A stretch of 64,000 nt of DNA from Veleropilina oligotropha (taxonomy: Eukaryota), in assembly GCA_048128005.1 (NCBI GenBank), contig JBEUKZ010000022.1, positions 62,001 through 126,000 on the forward strand, in the 5' to 3' direction. The notes below the pieces were generated by a model. It worked only from the letters and a program-made list of their open reading frames with translations. It was not told the origin of the DNA and did no database searches. Shown in pieces: positions 27,470 through 38,167 of this stretch. The number at the start of each line of letters is the position of its first letter. The first letter of the stretch is position 1. Both the position numbers and the translations under genes were made by a program.

Positions 27470-28745
27470 TCTCGATGTTCAGCTGTGCATCCATAAGCAC
27501 GTATAGGTAAATATTCAATGGGCCGGCTTCTTCACCTATCTTAGCGATCTGGATGGTGATGCCCTCGCTGGCGTTCTCTATCCTCCGGCCTGACCCATGC
27601 AGCTGATCATCGTCCGTTACCCGCATATCAAGCCAGAGTGCATACTTTTTGGTCAAGAACTCACCCAGGGTGACATCTGCCAGAGACAACTCCTTTGCAA
27701 CCAACGCTACCTCAGGATGCCGCTTGCTGATCGGGTTGGATGCGAACATTTTTTAGGCTTCTTCCCACACCTGGTATGAACGCATGCCCTGGCTGTAGAG
27801 TTGATTCGGTACACCCTCAATGGTGAGCTCGACCTTTGTGATCTTCGGATTGTAAAAGGCCTCGGTGTTGCGAGCAGATGGTGCTGCGTCTCTCGTGGGG
27901 TCCTCAAACAGCAGTAGAATACCTTTCATGGACCGCGCCGGTACATTCAGGTTAAGATTCCACAAGGTGTCACTCTTGTCTTTGGTGAGCTTACGGTGCC
28001 GCAGGACACGGTCGTATAGGATGGCGAGGCGGCCCGAGTACTGGTTGCGTATCGTTCTGGCCAGTTCTGCCTGGGTGACCATGTCATATTCCAGGCTAAT
28101 ATTTTCGATGCTATAGCTGGCACTGGGGTCATCCGCAGCCTTGATAGTCCTAGAATAGTCATTGAACGTGAGTTCATACTCAAGCCTGTCCCCCAGAGCG
28201 CTCTGGTAGAATGGCATGTGGCTCTCCAGCAACTCAAAGTCGAGCGGGGTGCAGAATCTATTACCATAAGTGGAAGATATTGCCATATCTTCAGAAACTC
28301 TGAAGGCGTCTGCCGCAGCAACACGATGCTTCGTGGCATTTTGGTCATCGCTGGTATCAATTCCTTGGTATTGGGCATTCTTGCGCTCCTTGGGGGTCTT
28401 CCAGAGATCGTTATAGCATTGATACACGTCGGAGTCATCGATAGACATGACCTCGTTTCCACTAATTTTGATCGTGGTCTTCTTGATCACGGCGCGGACA
28501 ATGTTCTGAACTACGGTTCTGTTCTGGTTAGCCGAGTTCAGAGAGATTGTAAATGCCAAGTGTGCAGTCCCTGGAACGACAACGTCATGAACCCCGAGAT
28601 TAGGGAACCTAACCAACAACTGCTGGTTGGCGGCAATAGTGGATGGGTTGTTGGTTATGGTAACCGACTGGCGAATACCTTTGACCCCAAGGGGCTCTCG
28701 CAGTCTGCTGTTTGGATCAAGCTTGCGTCCGTATAGGCTGGCCAT
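27441..28745 (-). pseudogene. Major capsid protein, copy A, nonsense codon at 27753
   Basis: Roughly 80% identical by eye to 40703-42004. Confidence 0.85.
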
Positions 28746-28814
28746 GTTGTTATTTACCGGAGGTATAACAGCTATATATATGTATTAGATGCGTATCCAT
28801 TCAGTTGTATTCAA

Positions 28815-30074
28815 ATGGCGGAATTCGAAAACCCAACATTCGAGCCTGATCATATCTTTGGAGATACCATCGACGATGATGATGTGGTTGGATCCACTGA
28901 CTGGATTGTGGCGGTGCCACAGGAAGGAACCAGCGGTCTGCAGCAAGAGCTTGTGCAAACAGCTGTTGATGACTACTACAACGCCCTTTCAAAGGAGGGG
29001 CAAACTCCCTCCACATGGCGTGATTACTCCAGGTTTGAATATGTAGATGGGCAATTGCGAATGAAGGCATATCCACACATTGATCTAATCAATTCTAGCA
29101 CCTGTAAACCCAAGTCTTTGGCAACATTATCTGGTCGGCGTGGTGGGGGTAGCGCCATCAGAGATGGGTTGGGTTTTGTAGACTGGACGTGAGGACAAAA
29201 GCTGCGCTCAAAAGCTGTTGCAGTTCTTCAGACAGCCAACAATGAGTTGGGCGGAGCGGCCGCCAAGGTAGACAACGTAGAACTGCACGACTTGGGGCGA
29301 AGAGCTAATGATGCATCAGAAGCAATCCACAAAATGGAGACGACTTTCACAGATTCTGAGGTTGACGAGATCATGGGCACAATGGAGGACCCTCCATTAA
29401 ATCTTCGTGAGCTTCGACAAGGCAACGCAGACAATTCGAGGTGAGCTAACCAACAACTTGGCCAAACTATCTGCGCTTCACGACCACATCGATCTGGAGA
29501 AAATGAAGCTTGAGGCGGCAGATGAAGGCAGTGTGGATGAGTTTACTCGACGACGAATTGCAGAACGCTTGCGTGACTTAAATGATGAATGAGCAGCTCG
29601 CCTAGAGGCAGCCTCATCAAGCCGGGATGCCCTTCGCTCTCAAATCAGCAGGATCCGAGAAACAATAACTCGGATTCTCAACTCAGACACGATGCTGGCC
29701 GAGTGCATCCAGACCCTGTTTCGCGAGCAGGGGTTCACGATCGTGACCATACTCACCGCGATTAGGATGGCTATCTCGACTCTGGTACTGGCCCTAACTG
29801 GCGGAGCGCCGAGTATCTCACCAACACATCCCAGTGATGCTAATCATCGAGGGATAAAGGAGTGGGTAAAAAGCACCTGCAAACCCTGGGTCGGATTCTG
29901 GGTAAACTAGCGGGGAAGGCGGCAGAGGCACTTCCAGGAATGATTGGAAGCCTGCTTTCCTGGCTTATCAACATGGTTGGCAAAACAGCGTCGTGGCTTG
30001 CTGAAAACCTATGGGCTATGATTATTGCAGTTGGCGGGTTGCTTCTTATTGCCGCTAGACAGTGGGTGAAGTAA
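28815..30074 (+). pseudogene. Coiled-coil/membrane protein, copy A, several stops and frameshifts
   Basis: MAEFENPTFEPD...; fragments match 42041-43354. Confidence 0.85.
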
Positions 30075-31382
30075 GCCAAATAAATGCTAGGCCAACGACA
30101 ACGCCACCCACAATGAGTGCGGTCTTCTCCTCATTGTGTAGTGATACCGAAGCCGCTGGAACAGCGGCCACTGTTACTGTCGGTTCAGTGTTTGGATTCT
30201 TCGGAGTGAATACTGGTCTGGTTGTATCTGTCTGTAAGACTGCGACCACGTCTCGTGGAATGACCAGTCCCCTTTCTCCAGTATCCCCAGTGGCGTTGGT
30301 GGGCACATTGGCTGTGTTGACGGTTGTATTAAGACCTAGTGTCTGGTTTTGTGTCGCAATGATGATTTCGTTGTTATAGCCAGCCACCTGCCCGATTCGT
30401 AGAAGCATGTCACTTGGCGCCATATACAGGTCAACGCCGAATACGAAGTCTACCTTGGATCTGGCAAACTGTAGCACATTTTGGTACCGTTTGATGGCTG
30501 ATGGCAGATCAACTGGAGATGAGATGGCATCTTCCACATTTGACAGAAACTGCTTTTGCACGTCAAATGCTGTACCACTACTCAGAATACTTGCACGTGT
30601 CTGAGCCTGCACTCCAAGAATCGCCCAGACGTAAGTCCTGATGGAATCATTAAGCCTTTCCGCGCCGGCCTGGGTAAATCCCGCCGATTTGTCCAGAATA
30701 AACGAAGCCCAGCCGTGCCACGAAGTGCCAGTAGCATCCTGTGCTATATAGTCCACATGCAGACTCTTCTTTGTCTTTGTCGTGAATGACATCCAATCGG
30801 GATCATAATCCCGTCCTATGGAGTGGGAGCCATTGTTTGTCCAGTAGTTGTAAGCCATGCCGAGTCCGTTATTGGGATCCTTGACTCGCCAGTCGGTGTG
30901 TGGAGACACTCCAAATTCACTGCAGATCTTCTCATATGCCCTGAGGTCATACGGTTGTCGAACGCATCCCATATCATGTCTTGAGGCAGCGGCACCTTAA
31001 TTTCGGACAATACCCTTCTGATCTGATAGCAGACATGGAAGGTGAATACGGCTCTGGTCAGGGAGTCGGCTGCATTCAAGTGGTCTTCTGCAGATACCCC
31101 GGAACCTGTTGTAGCACACCATACTGCGAAGTTAACCTGATTCTGCCAAAACCACATGGGTGTGGTGTTCCAAGCCTGTATTAGCCGGTCACTCGCGACG
31201 TGAGGGAGGCGATACTTTTGAAAGACATCTGGGTATTTTGCCTGGAATGGAGGGTGGGGAGATTCAGACGAATATATAAAGATGCTTGGTTTTGTAAGCT
31301 GCTCATCCTTTATACGGGTTGGGTAAACCACACCGGTCTGATAGGCTGCACTCCTATTAAATGCAAAGGCACTCTTATCCAT
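30055..31382 (-). pseudogene. ~430-aa conserved protein with C-terminal TM helix, copy A, frameshifted
   Basis: Two overlapping ORFs together match 43347-44639. Confidence 0.85.
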
Positions 31383-31386
31383 AGCT

Positions 31387-31760
31387 ATGTTTCACACTCT
31401 AACGAATGTTCAAACGGGAACCGCGGTTGCCCTCCTGCAACCGATAGATAACTGGGAAGGAAAGCTATGTGTTGCCTTGCGGTCGCTCATCTATTGGGTC
31501 GGATTTAATAATGTACACGCAGGAGCCTTCTTCAAAACCCCCAATAACACAGTGTCAGTGGCACCAGGTTTCTACAGCTTCAATTCCCTCGCCAAAGCTA
31601 TGAAGGCGTCCTTAGTTAACATGCAGCTTGATGTATGCCATGCTACGGGAATCGCGCAACTCGTTGTTGCAGATGGAAATGAACTTATGATAAGCGATGA
31701 TCTACTAAAACTCCTAGGCAAAAACGTTTCTGGGTGGCTATGCCCTGGGACTTATGACGG
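31387..31760 (+). pseudogene. Minor capsid (penton) gene of copy A, 5' half, interrupted by copy B
   Basis: MFHTLTNVQ...GWLCPGTYDG, then the copy B TIR; continues at 47182. Confidence 0.88.
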
Positions 31761-31815
31761 AGCAGCAGGGGGGGTCAGTAGACTTTTTAGAATGGGAAAA
31801 TACGGCTCCCAGCAC
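31761..31815 (+). repeat. Left TIR of copy B
   Basis: Reverse complement of 47125-47181 apart from G7 versus G9. Further patchy inverted matches: 31896-31950 with 47032-47086, and 32013-32038 with 47095-47120. Confidence 0.95.
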
Positions 31816-32901
31816 TATTTCAGAACTCAGGGTAGCTCGGACTAGTCAGCAGGGGAGTTTAGACTAGGGCCCCGGGGCGACCGTGGAGGCTCCCAGCACC
31901 CGTTCCGACCCAACTTAAACTATATAGAGCCCTCAGGGACGGCCCACTACCCTCGCCGGCCCGGGCTCCTGTGTGTTAGTGTATTACAAAAGTCCCCGTG
32001 TGTACAGCGCAGTCCGAACCTAGGGTAGCTTAGAATAGTCAGCCGGGGGTTGAATAGACTTTTTTAGAATGGGCAATAAGGCTCCCAGCACCAGTGAGTT
32101 ATATTAGCTATACCCACAGCAGGGCACTAACTGTGTGTGGCGCGGCGGCGTGTATCAATGGATATTTGCGTTAGTCGCTGTCAATGTTATTGATTAATTT
32201 TGCGTCTGGGTCTGCCCGGGCTCATCTTTTTTCCTATTAGAGCAATGGCTATCCTGGTGTATACCCGACATATATCAAGATGGGTGCGTATCTCCCTTAG
32301 AGTACCTGCTAAATCGTAATACCACATTTATGATCACTACTGCTAGCAACAAGAAGAACCGTGAATTCGGGACACTGCCCGTCTTCATGTCCTTCCATCA
32401 AGTGTTGCCTTATTGTGAAGCCCCCTTGTATTCCAGCCGTAGCCTGGGGTGCAATCAGTTGCCTTTTAATCCTGATCAGAAGCACCTTGTATTTCAGCCG
32501 TAGCCTGGTTCAATCTGTCAGAGGCGACCATAATAATTAACAACCTTTCAAGTTAGGCTGTATTGCTGGCTGTATACGATTTAGCAGGTACTCAATGAAG
32601 TCGCCATGTGCTGGGCAGGTATATACTAGGATCTCATTCCTCTAATAGGAAATCTGGGTCAGCAGCGCTAATAATAGACGCGTGTGGCGATAAGAGCAGC
32701 AGCATGAATGAGGCCACAGTAGACGGCTGAACAGGCTATTAATATATGCTAGGAAAGCCGGAAATGTGTTTGAGGACAGGGAATCCCCGAGCAGCTGTTA
32801 TGTAAGTATGTAGTTTCTGCTGGTAGCGTGTAGTTGCATGGCTGGCTGGTGTCCTATTAGATATACCCACATCACAGGATATACCCACTGCAAAGGATAC
32901 G

Positions 32902-33177
32902 ATGAAGGGCACAGACACCTGTCACTGGCTTACTATAAGCTCCACAGAACTATGTAGTAAGAGCTGTCTGAGAGAGTATTGCAAAGTCCACCTGGCTCGG
33001 CTACGGCGAAATGGCTGGGTCACAAAGCCCTGCATCAAATGCGGCAAAGGCGTCTTCAACCGGTTTACGTTGTGTAAGGGCTGTGGGTATAAGAGTGAGA
33101 ACTCTATGGACTGGCAACGAAAGAAAAGTGCCTTCCGGAGAGAGTTTCTCCGCTTGGCTGCAATTTACCACACGTAA
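32902..33177 (+). CDS. Small Cys/His zinc-finger protein (91 aa)
   Basis: CHW..CSKSC..YCKVH..CIKC..CKGC; Cys/His pattern conserved in copies A and C. Confidence 0.75.
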   Translation: MKGTDTCHWLTISSTELCSKSCLREYCKVHLARLRRNGWVTKPCIKCGKGVFNRFTLCKGCGYKSENSMDWQRKKSAFRREFLRLAAIYHT

Positions 33178-33225
33178 ATTTCCTATTAGAGAAGTAAAGA
33201 TCTTAGTGTATGCCCGCCCGGCAAC

Positions 33226-36200
33226 ATGTCGACTATGGATGACTATATAGACCAACTGCTCGCAGACATGCAGGCATCTGAAACTCTCCGGGACGTGGTT
33301 CAGAATATTCTAGACGAACCAATCCCGGAAGACGTGAAGGAGCGCTTGTTGAAGCCTCTGGTCCCATCCAAGGATCCCCAAACGGAGAGAAAGCGGAAAG
33401 CCATTGTTGAGGAATTTGACCCAATCCCCCTCTCCAAAAAGCCCCGGACAGCCCAGGACTACCAGAATGATCTACTAGGGCTGTTTACCACAACAGAGGG
33501 GCAACAATTCATCGACCTGGATGACCAGGCCCCTCCCCCTGTAAGGCTCCCAGCAAAAGAGCCGTGGGTGGAACTCTTGAACGACGCCAAAGACGAGTTT
33601 GAGGTCGATGGCGCCGTGGCGGCCTTCTCCACATGGAGGGTAGAAGTAGAGAACATTGAAGCGAGGGCTGGCCGGCTGGCCCTGGATGCCCGTATGACAG
33701 ACGCGAGAGCGGCACAGCTCCTCACAGCCCTTCCCAAGGGTGAGTTTCTCCTGAGGATAAAGTTCTTGCGGGAGTGGGGTGAAGGCGACTGGGTGGTCGA
33801 AGACAAGTTTGACCCGGTGAAGGCTGCGAGGAAGAAGGGCCAGGGTGTCGTTGAGATCTCTCAGGACACTAAGCCAGGTGCTATCACTGGGGTCGACAAA
33901 GCCTACTACGAGAACGCCTACCCGGTTACTGCAGTCGTCTACGGCCTCTACCCTCTCAGAGAACCAAACCCAGCCAACCTGGTTCCAATGAAGAACGGCG
34001 ATCTCAACTGCGTTGCCCAGAGAGTGGTTGAGCACTTCGAAGGTGCCCTGAGAGGAAACGGACTCACCCCGATAAGGCGGCAGAAAATACAGGAGTGGGA
34101 GGCGCGAGTTCATGTAACAGGCGCCACTGTGGATGATATATCCATCCTCGAGAAGATACTGAAATGGGCGATAATCGTGCGAGACATCGCAGGTGCCGAC
34201 ATCTACAACAGTGGTAAATACCGCGGTCAAGGAAAACATACATTCAGACAAGTAGAACTCATCTGTCACAACGGCCACGCCTGGTCCAAGGACCTACACT
34301 TCCCGCAGTCTCGCGAGGTCAACATCTACGAGGGCGATGTCTGGGAAGCTATCCGACAAGCCACACGTAACGAGCCATTGGCTGTCTGGCTCCTTGGCGG
34401 TACAGACCGACAGCTCAACGTGAACCAGTTCGTGCTTCAGGACGGCCGCACTTACCGGACAAAAGAGGCTCACGAGAGACTCCAAGAAGCCTGTAAGGCT
34501 CTGGGGAATGAGTCTCTCGCCGATCGAGCCTTTGGTGAGAACCATGCAGCTAGCATTATGGCTAAGGAGACTAACGGCTGGAGACCTACCCCAGCGGGCC
34601 TGCTCGATGATATCCAGAAGGCCTGCGTAGAGCATGGCCATGGTGGCCTGTGGAATTCCATGAACTACGATACGGGCGATGTCTGCTGCATCGACATGAA
34701 AGCCTGCTACCCTGCCAGCTTTCTGGGGAAGGGCGAGGCTAAGCCGTACTTCGAAAGATTCGGGCACCCAACCCACAGCATGACCCGGGTCGCAATTAAC
34801 GGTCCTCTACCCCGAGAAATCGGTACCGGGTTTGCCGAGGTCGTGGAATGGGAGTTCGCACAAGACATCCACCCCGTCATTCCCGCCTGGTTCGGAAAGC
34901 ACTTTGCAGAGAATGGATGGGCCCCGACGCCTCTGCTCGCCTTCCTCATAGAATCTGGACTGCTAAAAAGCCTCAAGATCCGAGAAGCCATCATCGCGTT
35001 CAGAAAGCAAACCGATGTCTGGCTTCCTGAGAATCGTGACCAGGGATGCCGTATTATCGGCAAATTCACCCAAGGCGCCAAGGCTGACGGCAAAAGATTG
35101 ACCCGTAGACTGGTGATTGACCAGGGAGAGCTTGACTTCCTCGTAAGAGACACCCGCCAAAGCGGTACCCTGGTCGGCGCACCTCAGAGATGCCCTATGG
35201 GTCACATCCTCACGTACTATGATGGCTCCCAGCCTCAGTACGCCCACCTGAGGGCATCGATGCTGGCCTATGCCCACATAAGCCTCTTGAGCATGCTTCA
35301 GCGTTTCACCCCTGAGGAAGCTGTCCGAGTGGCCACTGACAGCATCTACCTCAAGAAGGCCTCGTTGGAGAAGCTCGACGATGTCACGGTGTACGTTGCC
35401 CCACAGCTCTGCGACTGTGGCGATAAATCGTGCATCTCCTGTCTGATCGGGGAGACGTACCTTCCGCCAGTAGCACCGGCCCAGTGGCGTGACAAGGGGG
35501 AACAGCTTTACCTGCCACAGGAACATGCCGCATACCTGCCCAAGCCAGAGTATTGTTGTGCCGCCAATTCCAGCCAGCCAAGCACCGCGCCTTGCTACAA
35601 TGACACGCTGACCCACCATCGCCTGAGTTACCTCAATGGTGGAGGGGGCTGTGGCAAGACTACGAGAGCGATCGAGCTCTTCCGGGCAAGGAATCCCATT
35701 GTATTCACGCCAACCCACCGCCTCGCTAAAGAGATGCGAACCAGAGGCGTCAAAGCCCAGACCTACCACAGTTTCTTCCGATGGAGCGGCCAGACTGACT
35801 GGACACCCGACCGCATGGGTCAGAAGTTCATCCCCCGCGTCATTATCTGGGACGAGGTCTGTACTGTTCCCCGGCCTATCCTCGAGATGTTCTTGGACTG
35901 GCTGGGCCACCACGAAGTTCAGGTTATCTGCTGTGGCGATCAGGGCCAGCCACCACCGATTACGGGCGAGATGCCGCACGATTGGCTGCGACAGACCGCG
36001 GACTACTATGAGGAGATCGAAGTAGACTACAGGGCGAAAGACGACCCTGCCCTCCAAGCCCTGAAAAGACGTATACGTCTCCAGCCCGACAAAATCCAGT
36101 GCGGGGAAATGCGTAAGAGTCTCCCCAGCTGCCTTGGATGGGATCGGTTTGTCAACACCTGGAGGCCAGGCGACCTAATCCTCACCAGCCGTCAGAAGGT

Positions 36201-36915
36201 CCGCGAACGGGCTCAACAGCTGTTGCTCCAGAGGCACAAGGAGCACTTCCCAGACTCCCCGGTACCTATCCTTTATCACCCCAGGGACACCCGTAAGCAA
36301 AATATCATGGTAACCATTCCAGGCACCGATGAAAGAGAGGAGCTAGTTCTCAACGACGTCGTTGAGGTCACGATTGAGGCCGCTGAGCAGGCTATCCTGA
36401 CCCCGGATTGGCGCCTGGGCTATGCTCTCACCATCCATTCGAGCCAGGGTCTTACCATTCACGACCCACAGAAAGTCTGGATCATCGACGACTACCTTCA
36501 GTGGAGTAATCTCGCCTACCTAGCCGTGTCCCGGGTGGAGTATCTGCATCAGCTCGAGCGGGTAACCTGTCCTCCAGATGAGGGTTCTGAGGACAGGCCG
36601 CCCCAAGCGCAGCAGAGCAAGCAGCAGCTCCGAAAAACCATCCAGAGGAAGCTCGTGGCATACATGCGCCAGGACCAGGCAAAGGGACTCCCGGGGTTTA
36701 ACCTCAAGGTCGACGACATCCTGCGGCTCAGAGAGGCCCAAAACAACCGATGCGCAGCATGTAACATAGAGCTGCTCTGGGCCTACCAGCCCAAAGACAC
36801 ACAGCAGTTCAGTGTCGACCGTGTGGACAACCGCAGGGGCCACATCCGCGACAACGTGCGCTTAACGTGCCTTGAATGTAACCGAAAAAGAGGATTTGCG
36901 GTTGTTAACGCCTGA
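33226..36915 (+). CDS. 1229-aa replicase fusion: OTU-like protease, family-B-polymerase-like palm, SF1 (RecD/Pif1-like) helicase, HNH-type nuclease
   Basis: GDLNC/HNGHAW; CIDMKACYP (motif A), RIIGKF (motif B-like), VATDSIY (motif C); GGGGCGKT, FTPT, WDE, GDQGQPPP, YRA, YALTIHSSQG, YLAVSRV; CAAC..SVDRVDN..GH..NVRLTCLECN. Confidence 0.88.
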   Translation: MSTMDDYIDQLLADMQASETLRDVVQNILDEPIPEDVKERLLKPLVPSKDPQTERKRKAIVEEFDPIPLSKKPRTAQDYQNDLLGLFTTTEGQQFIDLDDQAPPPVRLPAKEPWVELLNDAKDEFEVDGAVAAFSTWRVEVENIEARAGRLALDARMTDARAAQLLTALPKGEFLLRIKFLREWGEGDWVVEDKFDPVKAARKKGQGVVEISQDTKPGAITGVDKAYYENAYPVTAVVYGLYPLREPNPANLVPMKNGDLNCVAQRVVEHFEGALRGNGLTPIRRQKIQEWEARVHVTGATVDDISILEKILKWAIIVRDIAGADIYNSGKYRGQGKHTFRQVELICHNGHAWSKDLHFPQSREVNIYEGDVWEAIRQATRNEPLAVWLLGGTDRQLNVNQFVLQDGRTYRTKEAHERLQEACKALGNESLADRAFGENHAASIMAKETNGWRPTPAGLLDDIQKACVEHGHGGLWNSMNYDTGDVCCIDMKACYPASFLGKGEAKPYFERFGHPTHSMTRVAINGPLPREIGTGFAEVVEWEFAQDIHPVIPAWFGKHFAENGWAPTPLLAFLIESGLLKSLKIREAIIAFRKQTDVWLPENRDQGCRIIGKFTQGAKADGKRLTRRLVIDQGELDFLVRDTRQSGTLVGAPQRCPMGHILTYYDGSQPQYAHLRASMLAYAHISLLSMLQRFTPEEAVRVATDSIYLKKASLEKLDDVTVYVAPQLCDCGDKSCISCLIGETYLPPVAPAQWRDKGEQLYLPQEHAAYLPKPEYCCAANSSQPSTAPCYNDTLTHHRLSYLNGGGGCGKTTRAIELFRARNPIVFTPTHRLAKEMRTRGVKAQTYHSFFRWSGQTDWTPDRMGQKFIPRVIIWDEVCTVPRPILEMFLDWLGHHEVQVICCGDQGQPPPITGEMPHDWLRQTADYYEEIEVDYRAKDDPALQALKRRIRLQPDKIQCGEMRKSLPSCLGWDRFVNTWRPGDLILTSRQKVRERAQQLLLQRHKEHFPDSPVPILYHPRDTRKQNIMVTIPGTDEREELVLNDVVEVTIEAAEQAILTPDWRLGYALTIHSSQGLTIHDPQKVWIIDDYLQWSNLAYLAVSRVEYLHQLERVTCPPDEGSEDRPPQAQQSKQQLRKTIQRKLVAYMRQDQAKGLPGFNLKVDDILRLREAQNNRCAACNIELLWAYQPKDTQQFSVDRVDNRRGHIRDNVRLTCLECNRKRGFAVVNA

Positions 36916-37903
36916 GAACCGGCGGCAGTTGGGTGTCACGAGGCACCACGAGAAGTTCCTCACGAACGAACCCACGCGGTGGTCCATCAAGCAAGTAGTA
37001 GAGCACAGGCTCGTCAGGTTTAGTGACAGAGCGTCCAAGCCTGTGCACTTTTAGAGACCACACCGGGTCAGTCGCTTGCCGGCGACCACCCTCCAACTCA
37101 CCGGGTTGGTATAGGTATCGAACATCTACGTCAGAGGGGAGTTTCTGTTCCTTCCCCTGTCGGCCTGGAACAGTGGAAGAAGGATTTTGTGCAACGCCAG
37201 GTGCCTTGATGGCGTCCTTGGGCTTTTTACCGGTCAGCCTGGTCACTTCCCCATTCAACGCCGCGACAACGGTGGGCAGCCTGGCGACCCACTCAGTTGA
37301 CCTTTGACCCTCTTTCGCAGACCCTGTAAAACTCATCTCTGTTGCATACTGGTGCCCGAAGAGCCGCTCAGCGAGCGTCCGGTTGAAGCGCTCCACGATC
37401 CCTTGATCGCGATGGAGATCCACACGGCCACGCCTAACCTCGACATTATTATTTGCCAGCAGCTGGGAGACCGTCCCCATGAACTCTCGCCCTGGATCAA
37501 CCTGAAGCAATTTCGGCCAGCTAAGAGGACTCTGCCTGTAGATTCGAGACAGAGCTTCAGCAACCCCTTTGGCCTCTTTTGTGGCCAGAGGCTCAGCTTC
37601 TTTAAAGCGACTGGCCACATCAACCACAGTCAAAGCGTACTTATAGGTTTTACGGCCGACCTTGTCATGGGGGAGAAACAGGAGGTCGGCTTGGTGAACC
37701 TCGTTTGGCGTTACGACGTCGAATTTTGGTCTTGGAATCCGCCGTGGCGCAGGTAAATAGATCTGCCATATAGCCTGCCTCTTAAGCCATGTCCGGGCCT
37801 CCATTTCAGACGCCTTGGCAGCCTCCGCTAGTTTCTTGATGGCTGCAATGTCTTTCCAGTAGCCCTTAGGGCTGTAGTACATCCTCGCAAGCTTACTATC
37901 CAT
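36905..37903 (-). CDS. Retroviral-like (rve, DDE) integrase
   Basis: HQADLLFL, YALTVVDVASRF, LQVDPGREF, GIVERFNRTL; Polinton-type N-terminus YYSPKG and C-terminal WS..V..YYL...F.REELL. Confidence 0.93.
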   Translation of the reverse strand: MDSKLARMYYSPKGYWKDIAAIKKLAEAAKASEMEARTWLKRQAIWQIYLPAPRRIPRPKFDVVTPNEVHQADLLFLPHDKVGRKTYKYALTVVDVASRFKEAEPLATKEAKGVAEALSRIYRQSPLSWPKLLQVDPGREFMGTVSQLLANNNVEVRRGRVDLHRDQGIVERFNRTLAERLFGHQYATEMSFTGSAKEGQRSTEWVARLPTVVAALNGEVTRLTGKKPKDAIKAPGVAQNPSSTVPGRQGKEQKLPSDVDVRYLYQPGELEGGRRQATDPVWSLKVHRLGRSVTKPDEPVLYYLLDGPPRGFVREELLVVPRDTQLPPVLRR

Positions 37904-38126
37904 CAGCAATGTATTCCAGTAAACTGATCAGTCTCCAACAGGCTTCAGCTTCCGGAGCCGGTCGCTGCGCAGTCGTCGCCCGAAGGTTGGTCGGGCCCGA
38001 GAGCACCAGGACTGCGAACCGCACCATAGTCTTTTCGTCGCGGCGCCAGCAGTCGAGTGACGTAGTACTAAGGCCCACCCCGCTGACCGCAAGCATGGCG
38101 CAGTACAGCTCTTCTGGGAGCCCCAT
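37896..38126 (-). CDS. Conserved hypothetical protein (76 aa)
   Basis: Homologs in copies A and C (MGLP.ELYCA.L, VLSGPTNLRA, CWRLI.L.EY). Confidence 0.75.
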   Translation of the reverse strand: MGLPEELYCAMLAVSGVGLSTTSLDCWRRDEKTMVRFAVLVLSGPTNLRATTAQRPAPEAEACWRLISLLEYIADG

Positions 38127-38167
38127 TACTATACATGCCCACGAAAAAAAATGTCCACTGGAAATAA

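Noticed and set aside
19251..31760. A and C as an assembly duplication of one locus
   Set aside because: They carry different stops, indels and spacer sequences, so they are independent copies.
34963..36057. 364-aa antisense ORF, and other long antisense ORFs over viral genes
   Set aside because: Shadow ORFs of GC-rich coding sequence; no motifs and not conserved in A or C.
33226..36915. Helitron RepHel interpretation of the large helicase ORF
   Set aside because: No HUH/Y2 Rep motifs; the element has TIRs, a target duplication, an integrase and capsid genes.
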